From assembly GCA_010015585.1 (NCBI GenBank), contig ML975153.1: a stretch of 50,294 bases of DNA; one strand, 5' to 3'. The DNA is from Eremomyces bilateralis CBS 781.70 (taxonomy: Eukaryota). This document shows positions 1-11,502 of this stretch, piece after piece (within the stretch, counting starts at the first letter, position 1; every line of letters starts with the position of its first letter). The notes under the pieces are model-generated. The model was not told the DNA's origin, did not search any database, and worked only from the letters and a program-made list of their open reading frames with translations. The translations under genes and the position numbers were made by a program.

Positions 1-729
1 GATCCCAAGAAAGGTGGTGTCCACCCTACTACACAACATACATGGGCACTGATCCTAGCGCTCGCCAATCGCGTCGTTCAAGATGACAATGCGGTCAAGG
101 CTGGGAACTGGCAAGGTGGGCTGATGACTGCTCTAGCCGGAAAGACGATAGGGATCGTTGGACTTGGAAAGCTGGGAGGAGCCGTTGCACGGATCGCGGT
201 CGTCGCTTGGGGGATGAAAGTTATCTGCTGGAGCTCTTCCCTGACCCAGGAGAAGGCCGACGAAACTGCACGATCGTTCGGGTTAGATCCAGATCAGGAT
301 GGCGCGAAGACATTCCGCGTCGTTGAAAAACCCGAGCTTTTCCGCACCGCGGATGTCGTCAGCATCCATTACGTTCTGAGCGACCGCTCACGTGGGATTG
401 TCGGCAAAGAGGAGCTGGACTTCATGAAGCCAACCGCCTTCCTTGTGAATACCTCAAGGGGTCCTTTGGTGAATGAAGGAGCGCTGCTGGATGTCCTCGA
501 ACGCGGAAAGATTCAGGGTGCAGCCTTCGACGTGTTCCCCGTTGAGCCGCTTCCTGCCGATAGTCCCTGGCGATCGCAGAAATGGGGAACCGAAGGACGA
601 AGCACGCTTTTGACGACACCGCATATGGGCTATGTTGAAGAGCAGACGCTGAACGCTTGGTATGCCGAAACTGCAGAGAATGTCGAAAGATGGCTTGATG
701 GCCAAGAGCTGTTGAATCCGGTGCTGTAG
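1..729 (+). CDS. D-isomer-specific 2-hydroxyacid dehydrogenase (D-3-phosphoglycerate dehydrogenase-like), 5'-partial
   Basis: Frame is open from base 1 (DPKKGGVHPTTQHTWALILAL...). Contains the Rossmann motif GIVGLGKLG, LVNTSRG, AAFDVFPVEPL and TPHMGY. Stop TAG at 727-729. Confidence 0.9.
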   Translation, partial: DPKKGGVHPTTQHTWALILALANRVVQDDNAVKAGNWQGGLMTALAGKTIGIVGLGKLGGAVARIAVVAWGMKVICWSSSLTQEKADETARSFGLDPDQDGAKTFRVVEKPELFRTADVVSIHYVLSDRSRGIVGKEELDFMKPTAFLVNTSRGPLVNEGALLDVLERGKIQGAAFDVFPVEPLPADSPWRSQKWGTEGRSTLLTTPHMGYVEEQTLNAWYAETAENVERWLDGQELLNPVL

Positions 730-1117
730 CTAAGGAGACAACCCGAGTTCCTAAACTGTCCCTGCGCAATGCAAGTGGTGGTCGGAAGAGGGAATTTCCG
801 TCCATCTATCGTCATTCAGTCACAGTTCCCTAGTCATGAGATGCTCAAAACTAACTATACGCAATATTCCTCACCGTGAATTGCCATATGGATGTATTCT
901 TTTGCCACTCAAGTTTTCTTCAAAGCTAGCACAACTTCCGGTCTATCAAGTTCTTTCGCCGCGCAAGATACGACGCCAGTCAAAGCAGGACTCCGATGCG
1001 ACATTTTGAGCTCGTGTATAGGGCCGTTCGGCATACCCCTCCCCTTCACCGTTCTCACACCCAATTTCCGCTCCCCGCAGTCCCCCCAGCCCACATCCAA
1101 CCCCCCGGCCTTAATCA

Positions 1118-2301
1118 ATGGTAAAACCAATCCCCCCCTACGAACTCGCCGCCTCCTGGCCCTTCCCCTCCCCCAACCCCTCCACCCGCGGCCCCGTCCT
1201 CCTCCTCCTCCCCCTCGTCTTCACCACCCTCACCCTCCTCACCCTCTCCCTCCGCCTCTACGTCCGCCTCCGCCTCATCAAGTGCCTCTATCGCGAGGAC
1301 CACCTCATCGTGCTCGCGGGTCTCGGCGCGGTCGGCCTCGGCGCCGTGGTCGCGCACGCGCACACCGTCGGGTGGGATCGGCATCAGTGGGACCAGCGCC
1401 TGGAGTGGTTCGAGGCGAGCGAGTTGGATATGTGGTTGGTGCAGCTTTTCTTTATCGTGATCATGGCCTTCGTGAAGTTGAGTACACTGGCGCTGTATGG
1501 GCGGATGACGGTGGGAATATCCATTCCGTATTACAAGATCGTGAACCGGGGGATGATTCTGGTGATGATTGGGTGGGGCGTGGGATTCTTTACGGCGACG
1601 GTGTTTGGTTGCTGGCCGATTGAGATGTATTGGAAGAGTAGGAGTGGGGATGAGTGTACGAATGAGTATGTTCGGTTGGCGGTGGGCACGATCGTCAATA
1701 TCGTGACGGATTTTGTGGTCGTGTTGATGCCGTTGCCTATCATATGGAAACTACAAAGGCCTATGCGTGAAAAGATCATATTATGGATTTTGATGGCGGT
1801 AGGTCTTATGTAAGTCACCCATATTTTCCCCTGACCTTCGCATGGAACGAGTGTGTTCAACAGTGTCTCCAGAGCATCCGCGGTATCCATCGCACGAACA
1901 ATAGTCATGTTCGAAGCGATGTCCAACTACGATACCACCTGTTTGTCCCCCCTCCGCTCTCACCGACCTCATTACTAACCACACCAGGGCTTGGCGGCCT
2001 AGCCTTCGCATACACCGTCGTCGAATGCAACCTCGCCATCATGTGCACCAGCATCCCGACCCTGCGTCCCCTAGCGAAGAAGTACATGCCCAAACTCTGG
2101 GGCACCGCTGCCTCCACGGCGAATTTAACTCCGTCGTACGATGCCGGCTATCCGAACTCTCCGAACTATCCCCCTTATGGGGCGCCGATCACTGCGTTGG
2201 GGCCGATTCCGCAGTCGAGGCCGTCGACGGTGGTGCCGGGGTCGGTAGGGAGCTTTGAGTTTGGGGCGGGCGAGCGGCGGACGGTCGAGGATATGGCGTA
2301 G
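1118..2301 (+). CDS. PTH11-like integral membrane protein (fungal rhodopsin domain, no CFEM seen); exons ~1118-1809, 1873-1940, 1988-2301
   Basis: Motifs LRLYVR..EDHLI, VKLSTLALYGR, NIVTDFVVVLMPLPIIWKLQ and VVECNLAIMCTSIPTLRPL. Introns GTAAGT..CAG and GTTTGT..CTAAC..CAG join the exons in frame (..GLIASAVSIARTIVMFEAMSNYDTTWLGG..). Confidence 0.88.
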
Positions 2302-2586
2302 ATGGCGGGCGCAGTTAGGGGTCGTTGATAATACTCTAGTCTTGAAGAAGCCGTAGTGGGGCGAGGTGCCCAAGATGCCCAAGATATGTCTGTAATTATC
2401 AATAATTTGCATATCTCGTAGTTCATAGCTATGACCTTCTTGAGTCGCAACTAAGTATTCGGCCTTCTTGAAAATTCAGGTACCATTGAAGGTGATATCA
2501 TTCTATCTAGTAGCGAGCAGTCATAATCTAGGTGAGCCACCGCCGGCACAGGCAAAAGCCAAACCCAATATCCTGATCCCCTATCC

Positions 2587-5500
2587 TCACCCCAACCCAA
2601 CCCATGCCAACACCCCTACATCCACCACCACCGCCCCTCCCCCCACCACAACCATCGCACCCCCCTCCACCCAATCCAACCACCCCAACCCCATCCTCAC
2701 CCCCCTCCCCGTCTCCAACGCCCCCAACCCCCCTTCCTCCATCCTACCCCACATTGCCCCCACCGCATACCCCATCCCAATCCCCACAAACACTAAACTC
2801 GACACTGCCCCCACCACTCCGCCCAGATACACCGCCCCCTGCAACCGGTGCCGTCCGACACTGATCAAAAGCGCTACGACGCCGGCGAGGAGCGCGGCGG
2901 CGAGGACGCAGGCCCAGGCGACGCGGCGGCGGAGGAGGGCGTGGGCGGCGGCGGTGGCGCGGAGGGGGGAGAGGTAGGGAAGAGGGTGTGTGGATGGATG
3001 GAGACGGTGATGTTGGGAGCGGGCACGGGGGGGGCGTGGGTTGGGAGGGGGGGGCGAATGTGCTATAGGCGCGGGGAGGGTGAGTGGTTGTTGGGGAGTT
3101 GTCGGAGTCGGCGGCGGAGGAGGAGGAGGAGGAGGAGGAGGAGGAGGTGCTGGGTCGGTGGAGGGTGGACCTGTGGGTGGGAAAGTCATCGGATTCGATG
3201 AGGGGAGAGGAATCGTCGATGGGCGGATCGGCAGCGGAGAAAAGGGAGGCGATGCGGGTGGGGAGGGAGGAGAAGAAATCGAGAAAGGGGGTGCCGTGAT
3301 CGTTGGGGTCGATGTAGATGACGTAGGCGTTCTCGTTCGATTCGTCTTCGGGGTTGTCGTACTCAGACCAGTACCGCGCCGCGTTGGCCGATAGTAACTT
3401 CGGATGGCCACCGAGGCGGTTGGCCTCGGCAACTTGTATGCGAGCGCGTCGCGCGCGGGAAATGCGCTCCCAGTGTTGGCCTCGGGATTTGTGCTGGGAA
3501 CGATACGGTTCGGCACCGCTAGGAGGCACAGCAATATCTGCAATCACAACAGAAGATCGGGCATCCGCACCGCCGGATTCGCTCGCTATCGTAATCGATG
3601 TCGCTGACGTTTCGCCTCCCCGGCTTGCTCGTTCGGCGCCGCTGCTGATGTTCCCCGCGCTCTGGGCGTTGCTCGCCTGGCCGGAGGACGTGGGGGTAAT
3701 TCGCGGATTCGTGCTGCGTCGCCGCCGGGGGGTCGCGTCTTTCGGGATCTTCCGGATGTCCTTGGACAGCAGGTCAAGCCACGAGGGAGGGGACATCAGG
3801 TCCGCTGGTAGGTGGCATTCCCAGATGGCATGGGTGGCGAGGTTGAAATTGAAGACGCGCTGGAGCAGATGGGAGGAGTCCAGCGTTTTGAACAAGTTAT
3901 GAGGACCGACGGACAAAACCGTGAGTAGGGCAAAGGGAAAGTGGATGGGAGCACGTTGCTCTCCGAGGACGGAATTCGAATCGCCTGGTGTTGTCTCCAG
4001 TCCGGGGTAGATTTCCAATCCACGATCCAGTGCCACCCATATCCCTTGCTCCGCATTGTTCGTCAGGCCGACAAACCTTGTCCGCTGCGACATGACCGTG
4101 GCCTGCGGTTTCAGGTTCGGATGCTCCATCAACCATGACCGAACGTTCCTTTCATCACGCTCCTTTTGCTGTAACGACGATTCATCCGCTCCTACACTCG
4201 ATTTCGAGGACGGTGCGCCATTCGGATTCGATCGTTTGCCTAAGGCGATCCCCGAGCCGCGTTGGCTGTAGATATATTCATTGTGAAGATCGAGGAACCC
4301 AGAAAGTCGCTTGCGTTTGACAGGGGCAACGTCAAACCCAGTGGCACCCTCTCTAGGAACGATCACTCGCCCCTCGCCAGTTGACGTCCATCGAGCGAGG
4401 GCGGCCGGCGCTACGGGTTCGGCACCGCCGCTCTGTTTCTCCCCGTACAACTCCAGATCGTCGACGATCACACAGCCAACTTCTGCTCCCTCTATTATGG
4501 ATTGGCCATTGCCACTATCAGCACTCAGTCGTCGACTGATGTTCCTTGAGGATGTTGCAGTCCTTAGCCGGGGCTTGTCTTGCTCGCTGGGAGAGAAAAG
4601 CTTCAAGTGCTGGAGGAGGAGAACATGCAATTCGATGATATGGTCGGTGTGAATCCAGTACGAGGCATGCTTGGACTTCTGATCAAAGCTGAGGGTAGCA
4701 ATGCCCGTGTCGAAATCAAGGGAAGAGCATTTCCGTCCGGCAGCTCCCATCCCCGGAAGGTCCGTCGGATCGGGTGATTTCCGCGTGGTAGAAGCAGCGT
4801 TAATCACGGACGCCTTCCCGCCGATGAGCGTACGCAGCTGCCTATCGTCAGCTCGCGTTGTTACGAGACTCCGGACTTCCGCCAGCAACAGTGTCCATTC
4901 ATCCAACAGCGGATCCAAGTTCTCTCGCTGCAAGCCCCCCGGTCTTCCCAAGACTTTCTCGCGAAATCGATCCGGGAGCTCCGTGTCGTTCGTCCATCGT
5001 CGATACTTCTTCAGCAACTTCTGGAACGCCGTGTACTGTGTGACCATAAAGCGGGAAAGTGATTTCAATATTTGACCGGCCCTTAAGAAAATGTTAGAAT
5101 GCGGAAAACAAGGGAACGCATTTACGAGATTCCACGTAGTTTCACGGCGGTTTCGAATAAGAGTAGAGTAGACGTACCTCAAAATTTCATTCTCCAATTG
5201 CGCGAACTTCTCCAACCGCCTCGGCGGAATGCGTTTCCTCGGAGCGGCTTCATACCGCTCCTGGATGGCAAGGTAACGTTTCCTCAGGTCCGCTAATCCA
5301 CGAGCGTTAGAACCGAGTTCTGTATGAGGTCTAATAATGTCGAAGCGCAACGCGAACTATGCATCTCCGGGACAATGACGTACCTAGCCTCCTCTCGACC
5401 TCTCCTTTCTTGCTCTTCACGAACAAGCAAGTCCTCGCGTGCTCCTTCTCGAGCACGCGGTATAGATCCTTCGCAAACTCGTCGTCCCGGACATCTTCAT

Positions 5501-5728
5501 GTCCGGGGATCGCAACGGATTTGCCGGGGACGGCGTCGTTGGTCGTGTGTTGTTTGATAAGGTATTTAATCTCGTCATAGGCAATATTAACTGTGTCACC
5601 TCGTTGTTAGCTCCATGGGAATCAATTAGACCGATTAGAACTCTCTTGAACTCAAGGATTCGACATCATCACTTACAATGTGCCCACTCAGGGATGGATC
5701 GAGCCCTCAGCGTCTCTCCGAACTTCAT
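2587..5728 (-). CDS. SPX-domain protein with degenerate VTC-like core and three C-terminal TM helices (Vtc5-like architecture); exons ~5728-5677, 5590-5384, 5292-2587, with an apparent frameshift near 3027-3054
   Basis: Spliced N-terminus MKFGETLRARSIPEWAHFNIAYDEIKYLIK and the lysine cluster AFQKLLKKY are SPX hallmarks. The YWSEYDNPEDE motif is followed by hydrophobic helices that sit in a different frame (ORF 2587-3543). Confidence 0.8.
3116..3148 (+). repeat. (GGA)n microsatellite encoding poly-Ser in the SPX protein
   Basis: Direct run ggaggagga...; the minus-strand translation gives a poly-Ser tract. Confidence 0.9.
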
Positions 5729-7631
5729 CCTCCGCACTTCGCCTGCTGTTTCTACTCTCTCAGCGACGGGAGTATGCTCGGAAGTCGTCGGCTTCGATTC
5801 AGCGGATGTGTGTAAGAATATCCCAATATGAGGAGGCCCCGGTCGAGTTCAACATAAGCGGATTGGGGTTCGACGATCAGAAATAGGATTCAGGTTGCTC
5901 TTTGTTATCGCGATGCGGCCAGCAAATTCGGGGACGGTGGCGGTAGGATGAGGCGTGTTATGCCCGGATGATATAGGTGAGCCCCGAGCGCTTAGGTCCA
6001 CGCTTGGCTCTACAACCAGAGGCCAACTTGGATTCGGACCCGTAGTGAAGATCACAGCTGTAGCGTGTTGCAAGAGGTCCTGCTCGAGGCAAAGCTACCC
6101 AAGACGGGGTAGGACGTGATGATTGCGTAGGGTGGTGACTGGACGGTTGTGACGACGCTATACAAGTCGGAATGGTCTGCACCACTCTACGGCTAAGGAT
6201 ATCTGGAGGTGGGGTTCGTAGGAGGAGTGGAGGGGAACAGAAGCGGGCATCTAGAACGAGTCGAGGGTCCTAGGTAGTGAATGTGGGACAGTAAGAGATA
6301 TCGTGGCGAATTGTGGTGTGTAAGCTATCAGGACTGGCGTTGTTCGCAATAATACTTGAGTACTTGAGTCTGATGCATTCATGTCTTGATAAAAGAGCTA
6401 TTTGAGCTAGGTTTATCGTGGTTGCTGGTTTCGGTGAAGGATCTAGCTAGGTATACCAGGGATGACCGTTGCAGCTTCTTCAATTGATGTTCGGGGATCC
6501 ATCACCCATGATCATCACCTTAACCGCTTCATCGTTCATTGTGTTTTTTGAAGATTGGAATTTCAACGATCGGCGGCGGGTGCCATTGCCATTGACCAAT
6601 GATTTGACGCTATCCCCTGGTGGCGGACCATATAGTGGGCACGTGATTAAACTACCGGGGTGGCCCAGTGCCAAGCCCGCCAGTTCTGCCTCTGTGCAAC
6701 TCGGCATGTGACACTCAGTTGTCACACTAAACACTTCATCCTGTCGAGTCTGTTGACTGCAGCTGAAGTTTTAGCAGTGAGCACGTTTAAAGATAAGGAT
6801 GGGATATATTGCATTGTGGCTCATGGGAGAAGCTTGAGGAACCATGACACAAGCCTGTCAATTTGTCCCCCGCCCTCCGGTCCCACGAACAATTACAACA
6901 ATTATTCAACAATCCATAGGTGACAGCTGCGGGCGGACACCCCAACGAATTGTTCATGCAGCCCTACCTAGTGCGATGCAAGCATATTTTGAATTTTCTT
7001 TAATTGCCTGACCGGGACTACCGAATTCCCCCATCCGGTCTAGACCGCGCTCGACAAACCCAAGTTGGAAGCGTGCGAGCGAGCGTTGGGTTGCTTAATT
7101 AGTACACGTCTCACGACAGCAAGCTCGCTAGCACGAACATCCGCCGAGAAGTCCCCGCACCCATTCTTTCTTTACGATCCGTATCACAACTCAATAGACT
7201 GCTGTTTTGTTGAGACTTGAGAGTAGTCAGTTTCTACGACAACACGCCACATGGTGACTGGTCAGATCGAAGCGAGTCTATGGCTACAGGTCTTCTTATT
7301 CTCCATATATTCGTCGACACTGATCTGTCACCAGTTGTACCGGACATACTGTGTAGGGAGGTTGCAACTTGCAAGATATATAGTCGAACAAGTAATGATA
7401 TACCGTAAACAATTCGTTCTAATTCCACGTAGAGTGGACTGAAATATGCCCCGATAATGCAGAATCAATGTTCGGATCTGATCTGATATCCTGAATTCCT
7501 GATGGACTGTAGTTGACGCATGAGCTGGATTGGGATAGGGAGTGGGCAGGGCAGGGGCAGGGGGCTGGGGAGGTGATCAGGCGACAAGGCGACAAGGCGT
7601 CTAATCTCGCACGGAGCGGTTAGACTCCCGT

Positions 7632-7657
7632 GATTCGCGCGCCAGAAAACGCGAAGC
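7632..7657. promoter_or_regulatory. MCB/SCB-like CGCG elements upstream of SPT16
   Basis: TTCGCGCG and AAAACGCGAA lie ~125-150 bp before the ATG at 7781. Motif match only. Confidence 0.3.
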
Positions 7658-7780
7658 TTCACGTCTTCCATCATCACCGATTCACCGAACTTGAGCGATC
7701 CTCATCTCACTTCCGTCACCTTATCCTACACCCATCGTTGAGTTCATCCCTGGGACACGGCCAGGGACACGCAAACCAAG

Positions 7781-10700
7781 ATGGCGGATGAGATTCAGAT
7801 CGACAAGAATGTCTTCCATAACCGCCTTTCATCCTTCCTATCACACTGGAAGGCCGACAAACGCGGTGGCGATAGCTCCTTTGGTGGTGTTGGCTCCGTG
7901 GTCATCTGCGTCGGGAAGGCGAGTGACGGAGCTTACACGAAAGGTGCAGCTTTTCAGGTAGGTCGCGATGGAAATCCGGAATGATGAGCTTGATGCGATT
8001 TGCGCATCTGACAAGGCCGCGTGCTGACACTTTTCAGCTCTGGCTATTAGGCTACGAATTCCCGGCGACGCTCTTCGTGCTCACACAGGATGCGCTTCAC
8101 ATTGTGACCACGAAGAAGAAAGGTCCGAACATCCTACGGCACCGATGATACAGTACTGACTGCCTTCAAGCTTCCTACCTCGAACCCCTCAAAGAGGAAG
8201 GCAAAACGCCCATCGAAATCCACATCCGCGGAAAAGACGCAGAAGAGAATGCGAAGCAGTTCGAAGCATGCCTGAACGTCGTCAAGAAGGCCGGGGTAAG
8301 ATGACCAATGTCGGTGATAACAGCATGGACTAAATTCTCGAATAGAAGAAGGTCGGGCTCTTCACGAAAGAGACTGCGAATGGCCCGTTCGCCGAAGCAT
8401 GGAAGGGAGCCTTCGAAAAAGCGACGTCAGATTTGGAGCAGGTTGATATGTCCGCTGCTATTTCTACGGCGGCACTCTCAATCAAGGATGAGAAGGAGCT
8501 GGTAGGCGCTGTCGTGGCTCATGAACGTGCATTTGCTGACTGAACCAAGAGGAATGTCCGTGACGCCTCGCGTGCATCGACTCATATGATCAAGTTCCTA
8601 TCCGACGAGATAGTCGAAATCATCGACGAAGAGAAGAAAATCACCCACAAGAATCTGGCGGACAAAATCCGGGACAAGTTGGACGATAATGCGTTCTTCA
8701 AGAAGATCAAGGTCTCAAACAACTTCGATCCGATACACCTCGATTGGGCCCTGACTCCCGTCGTGCAAAGCGGTGGTCAATACGATCTCAAGTTCGCGAG
8801 CGAGAGTGACGAGAGCAACCTCAGATCGGGCGTGATCCTCGCTTCGTTAGGCTTGCGCTACCAGACGTACGCTTGTTCAGTTTCAAGGACGTACATGATC
8901 GACCCAAACAAGAGCCAAGAATCTGCTTACAAGCTATTGTTGCAAGTCCACGACACAGTCGTCAAGTCGATCCGAGATGGCGTCGTGGCAAAGGACGTGT
9001 ACAACAAGGCGATCGGCGTGATCAAAGCTAAGAAGCCCGAGCTCGAGAAGAACTTTGTTAAAAGCATTGGCAGCGCCATTGGTATCGAGTTACGGGACAC
9101 AACGCTCGTTTTGAATGGAAAGAACAATCGCACCTTGAGGGATGGTATGACACTGGCGATCACCGTGGGGTTTGCAGATTTGACGAATCCCGATCCGAAG
9201 ACCAAGAGAGACGGGACATACTCACTGGTCATTACCGACACTGTGCGTGTCGCTGCAACCGAAGCTGCGGTTTTCAGCAAGGACGCGGCTCTTGACCTCG
9301 ACAGCGTCGCATTCTACTTTAATGACGAGGAGGAGCCAACACCCAAGAAGAAAACACAGAAAGATTCCCGTGTCGGAGCTGTCGCAAAGAGCAACATTAC
9401 CTCCACTCGCCTGCGAAACGAACGCCAAACCAACCAGAACGAAGAGAAAGAGGCGCAGCGACGCGAACATCAGAAGGAGCTGCACGAGAAGAAACAGCGA
9501 GAAGGTCTGCAGCTTTACGCTGAGGTAACCGGAAGCTTGAACGGGACGGTGGAGAAGAAGTTCAAACGGTTCGAGTCCTACAAGCGCGATAATCAGTTCC
9601 CGACTCGCGTGCGAGACCTGCAGATCGTGGTGGACCACAAGGCTTCTACCATTGTTCTCCCCATCATGGGCCGACCGGTTCCATTTCACATCAACACTGT
9701 CAAAAATGCTTCGACTGCTCAAGAAGGGGATGCATCGACGCTTCGGATCAACCTGGTCTCGCCTGGTCAGGGCGTTGGTCGTAAAGATGACCAACCCTTC
9801 GAAGATCCCTCCGCACATTTCGTCCGCAGCTTCACTTTCCGATCCACGGACCGCGACAGGATGGAACAGCTCGCGAGCGAGATCACGGACCTCAAGAAAG
9901 CGAGCAACCGGCGGGCGCAGGAAAAGAAGCAGATGGAAGACGTCGTGGAGCAGGACAAATTGGTCACGGCGAAAGATCGACGCCCACCCAAACTCGATCA
10001 TCTTTTTATTCGGCCCACACTGGACGGTAAACGTGTTGCCGGCCACGTCGAGATCCACCAGAACGGTATCCGATATGTCCATGGTCTCAACCAGACCCAT
10101 GTCGATATCCTGTTCTCCAACATCCGCCATCTATTCTTCCAACCGTGCGCGCACGAACTCATCGTCATCATCCATCTTCACCTCGTCAATCCCATCATGA
10201 TCGGCAAGAAAAAGGCCAAAGACCTCCAATTCTACCGCGAGGCGACCGAAATGCAGTTCGACGAGACCGGTAATCGACGACGAAAGCACCGCTATGGCGA
10301 CGAGGAGGAGTTCGAGCAGGAGCAGGAGGAACGACGACGACGTGCGGAGCTGGACAAGGAGTTCAAGGCTTTCACGAAGAAGATCGAAGATGCGGCTTCC
10401 AAAATGGTGGATATGAGCGCCGATGTCCCGATCCGCGATCTTGGATTCAACGGTGTGCATAGTCGTAGCTCCGTGCTAATGCAGCCGACCACGGACTGCC
10501 TGGTGCAGTTGACCGAACCGCCATTCTTCGTTGTGACGCTCTCGGACATCGAGCTCGTCCATCTCGAACGTGTTCAGGTATGTTTTCATTTCCCATAGCA
10601 TAGACCATTCTTATCGCTAACCGCAAATAGTTCGGTCTGAAAAATTTCGACATGGTTGTCGTCTTCCACGACTACAACCGTCCCGTCGCCCACATCAATA

Positions 10701-11122
10701 CCATCCCCGTCGAGTCCCTCGACATCGTCAAAGACTGGCTCGACTCCTGCGAGATCCCCTTCACTGAGGGCCCGCTCAACCTCAACTGGAGCACGATCAT
10801 GAAGACGGTGGTCTCGAACCCGCATCAATTCTTCGTCGATGGTGGCTGGTCATTCCTCGCGGCTGAATCCGACGACGAGGACGGGGACGACGAGGACGAG
10901 GAGAGCGATTTCGAGATGGACGCGGACGAGTTCAACGAGGCAGAGAGCAGCGAGGAGGACTCGGAGGAGGTGGACGAGTATGCGAGCGACGATGAGGGGA
11001 GCGCGGAGGATGATGAGGATGATGATGGGGAGGATTGGGATGAGATGGAAAGGAAGGCGAAGCAGAAGGATCGGGAGGCAGGGTCGGAGGACGAGGACAA
11101 GTCACGGAAGCGGAAGCGTTAA
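7781..11122 (+). CDS. SPT16: FACT complex subunit Spt16; exons ~7781-7957, 8038-8122, 8171-8295, 8346-8501, 8550-10577, 10631-11122
   Basis: [11 protein letters not shown], peptidase-M24-like domain, [60 protein letters not shown] and an acidic C-terminal tail. Five canonical introns restore a continuous frame. Confidence 0.97.
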
Positions 11123-11502
11123 GCGGGTAGTATCCTCCCTGCTGTACCGATCTTTCTTTCGGCTCAAAGGCGGTGTGGCCTGGTCTCTGGTATGGGGTAG
11201 ACTGGATCGGCCGGTGTGCCGTCAGTCATGGCTCCATGGGTACAAGGTCTTCTTTTAGGGGGGAATGATTCGCTTGTATACTATAGGGCAAGGTGCTCGG
11301 ATTCAAAAGCATCGAAGGATCCGTTCACAATGATCGGTAAGGAAACCAAAATCGATTAGTTCAATGGCTTGCCGGAATCACAGCAGCACTTGCTTTTTGT
11401 TCAATTAAAGGTTGCTTGCACTAACACCCTCTTAAGGTGGCAAAGAGCTATCCAACTAGCAACCATCCCATCTGAACGTAAATATCACACAACTTGTCCA
11501 GA

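Noticed and set aside
892..1623. 243-aa Pro/Arg-rich ORF
   Set aside because: Alternative frame of the C-rich PTH11-like gene; the 1118 frame carries the family motifs.
7146..7157. GAGAAGTCCCCG resembling the RNase MRP CR-I motif, and GGGAATTCGG (minus strand, near 7021-7030) resembling RNase P CR-I
   Set aside because: I found no matching CR-V partner to close the P4 helix at a plausible distance.
7393..7486. Possible box C/D snoRNA (ATGATAT...CTGA...CTGA)
   Set aside because: The C box is a poor match, there is no terminal stem, and I could not recognise an rRNA-complementary guide.
9222..10130. 302-aa antisense ORF inside SPT16
   Set aside because: Shadow ORF caused by codon bias of a highly conserved gene.
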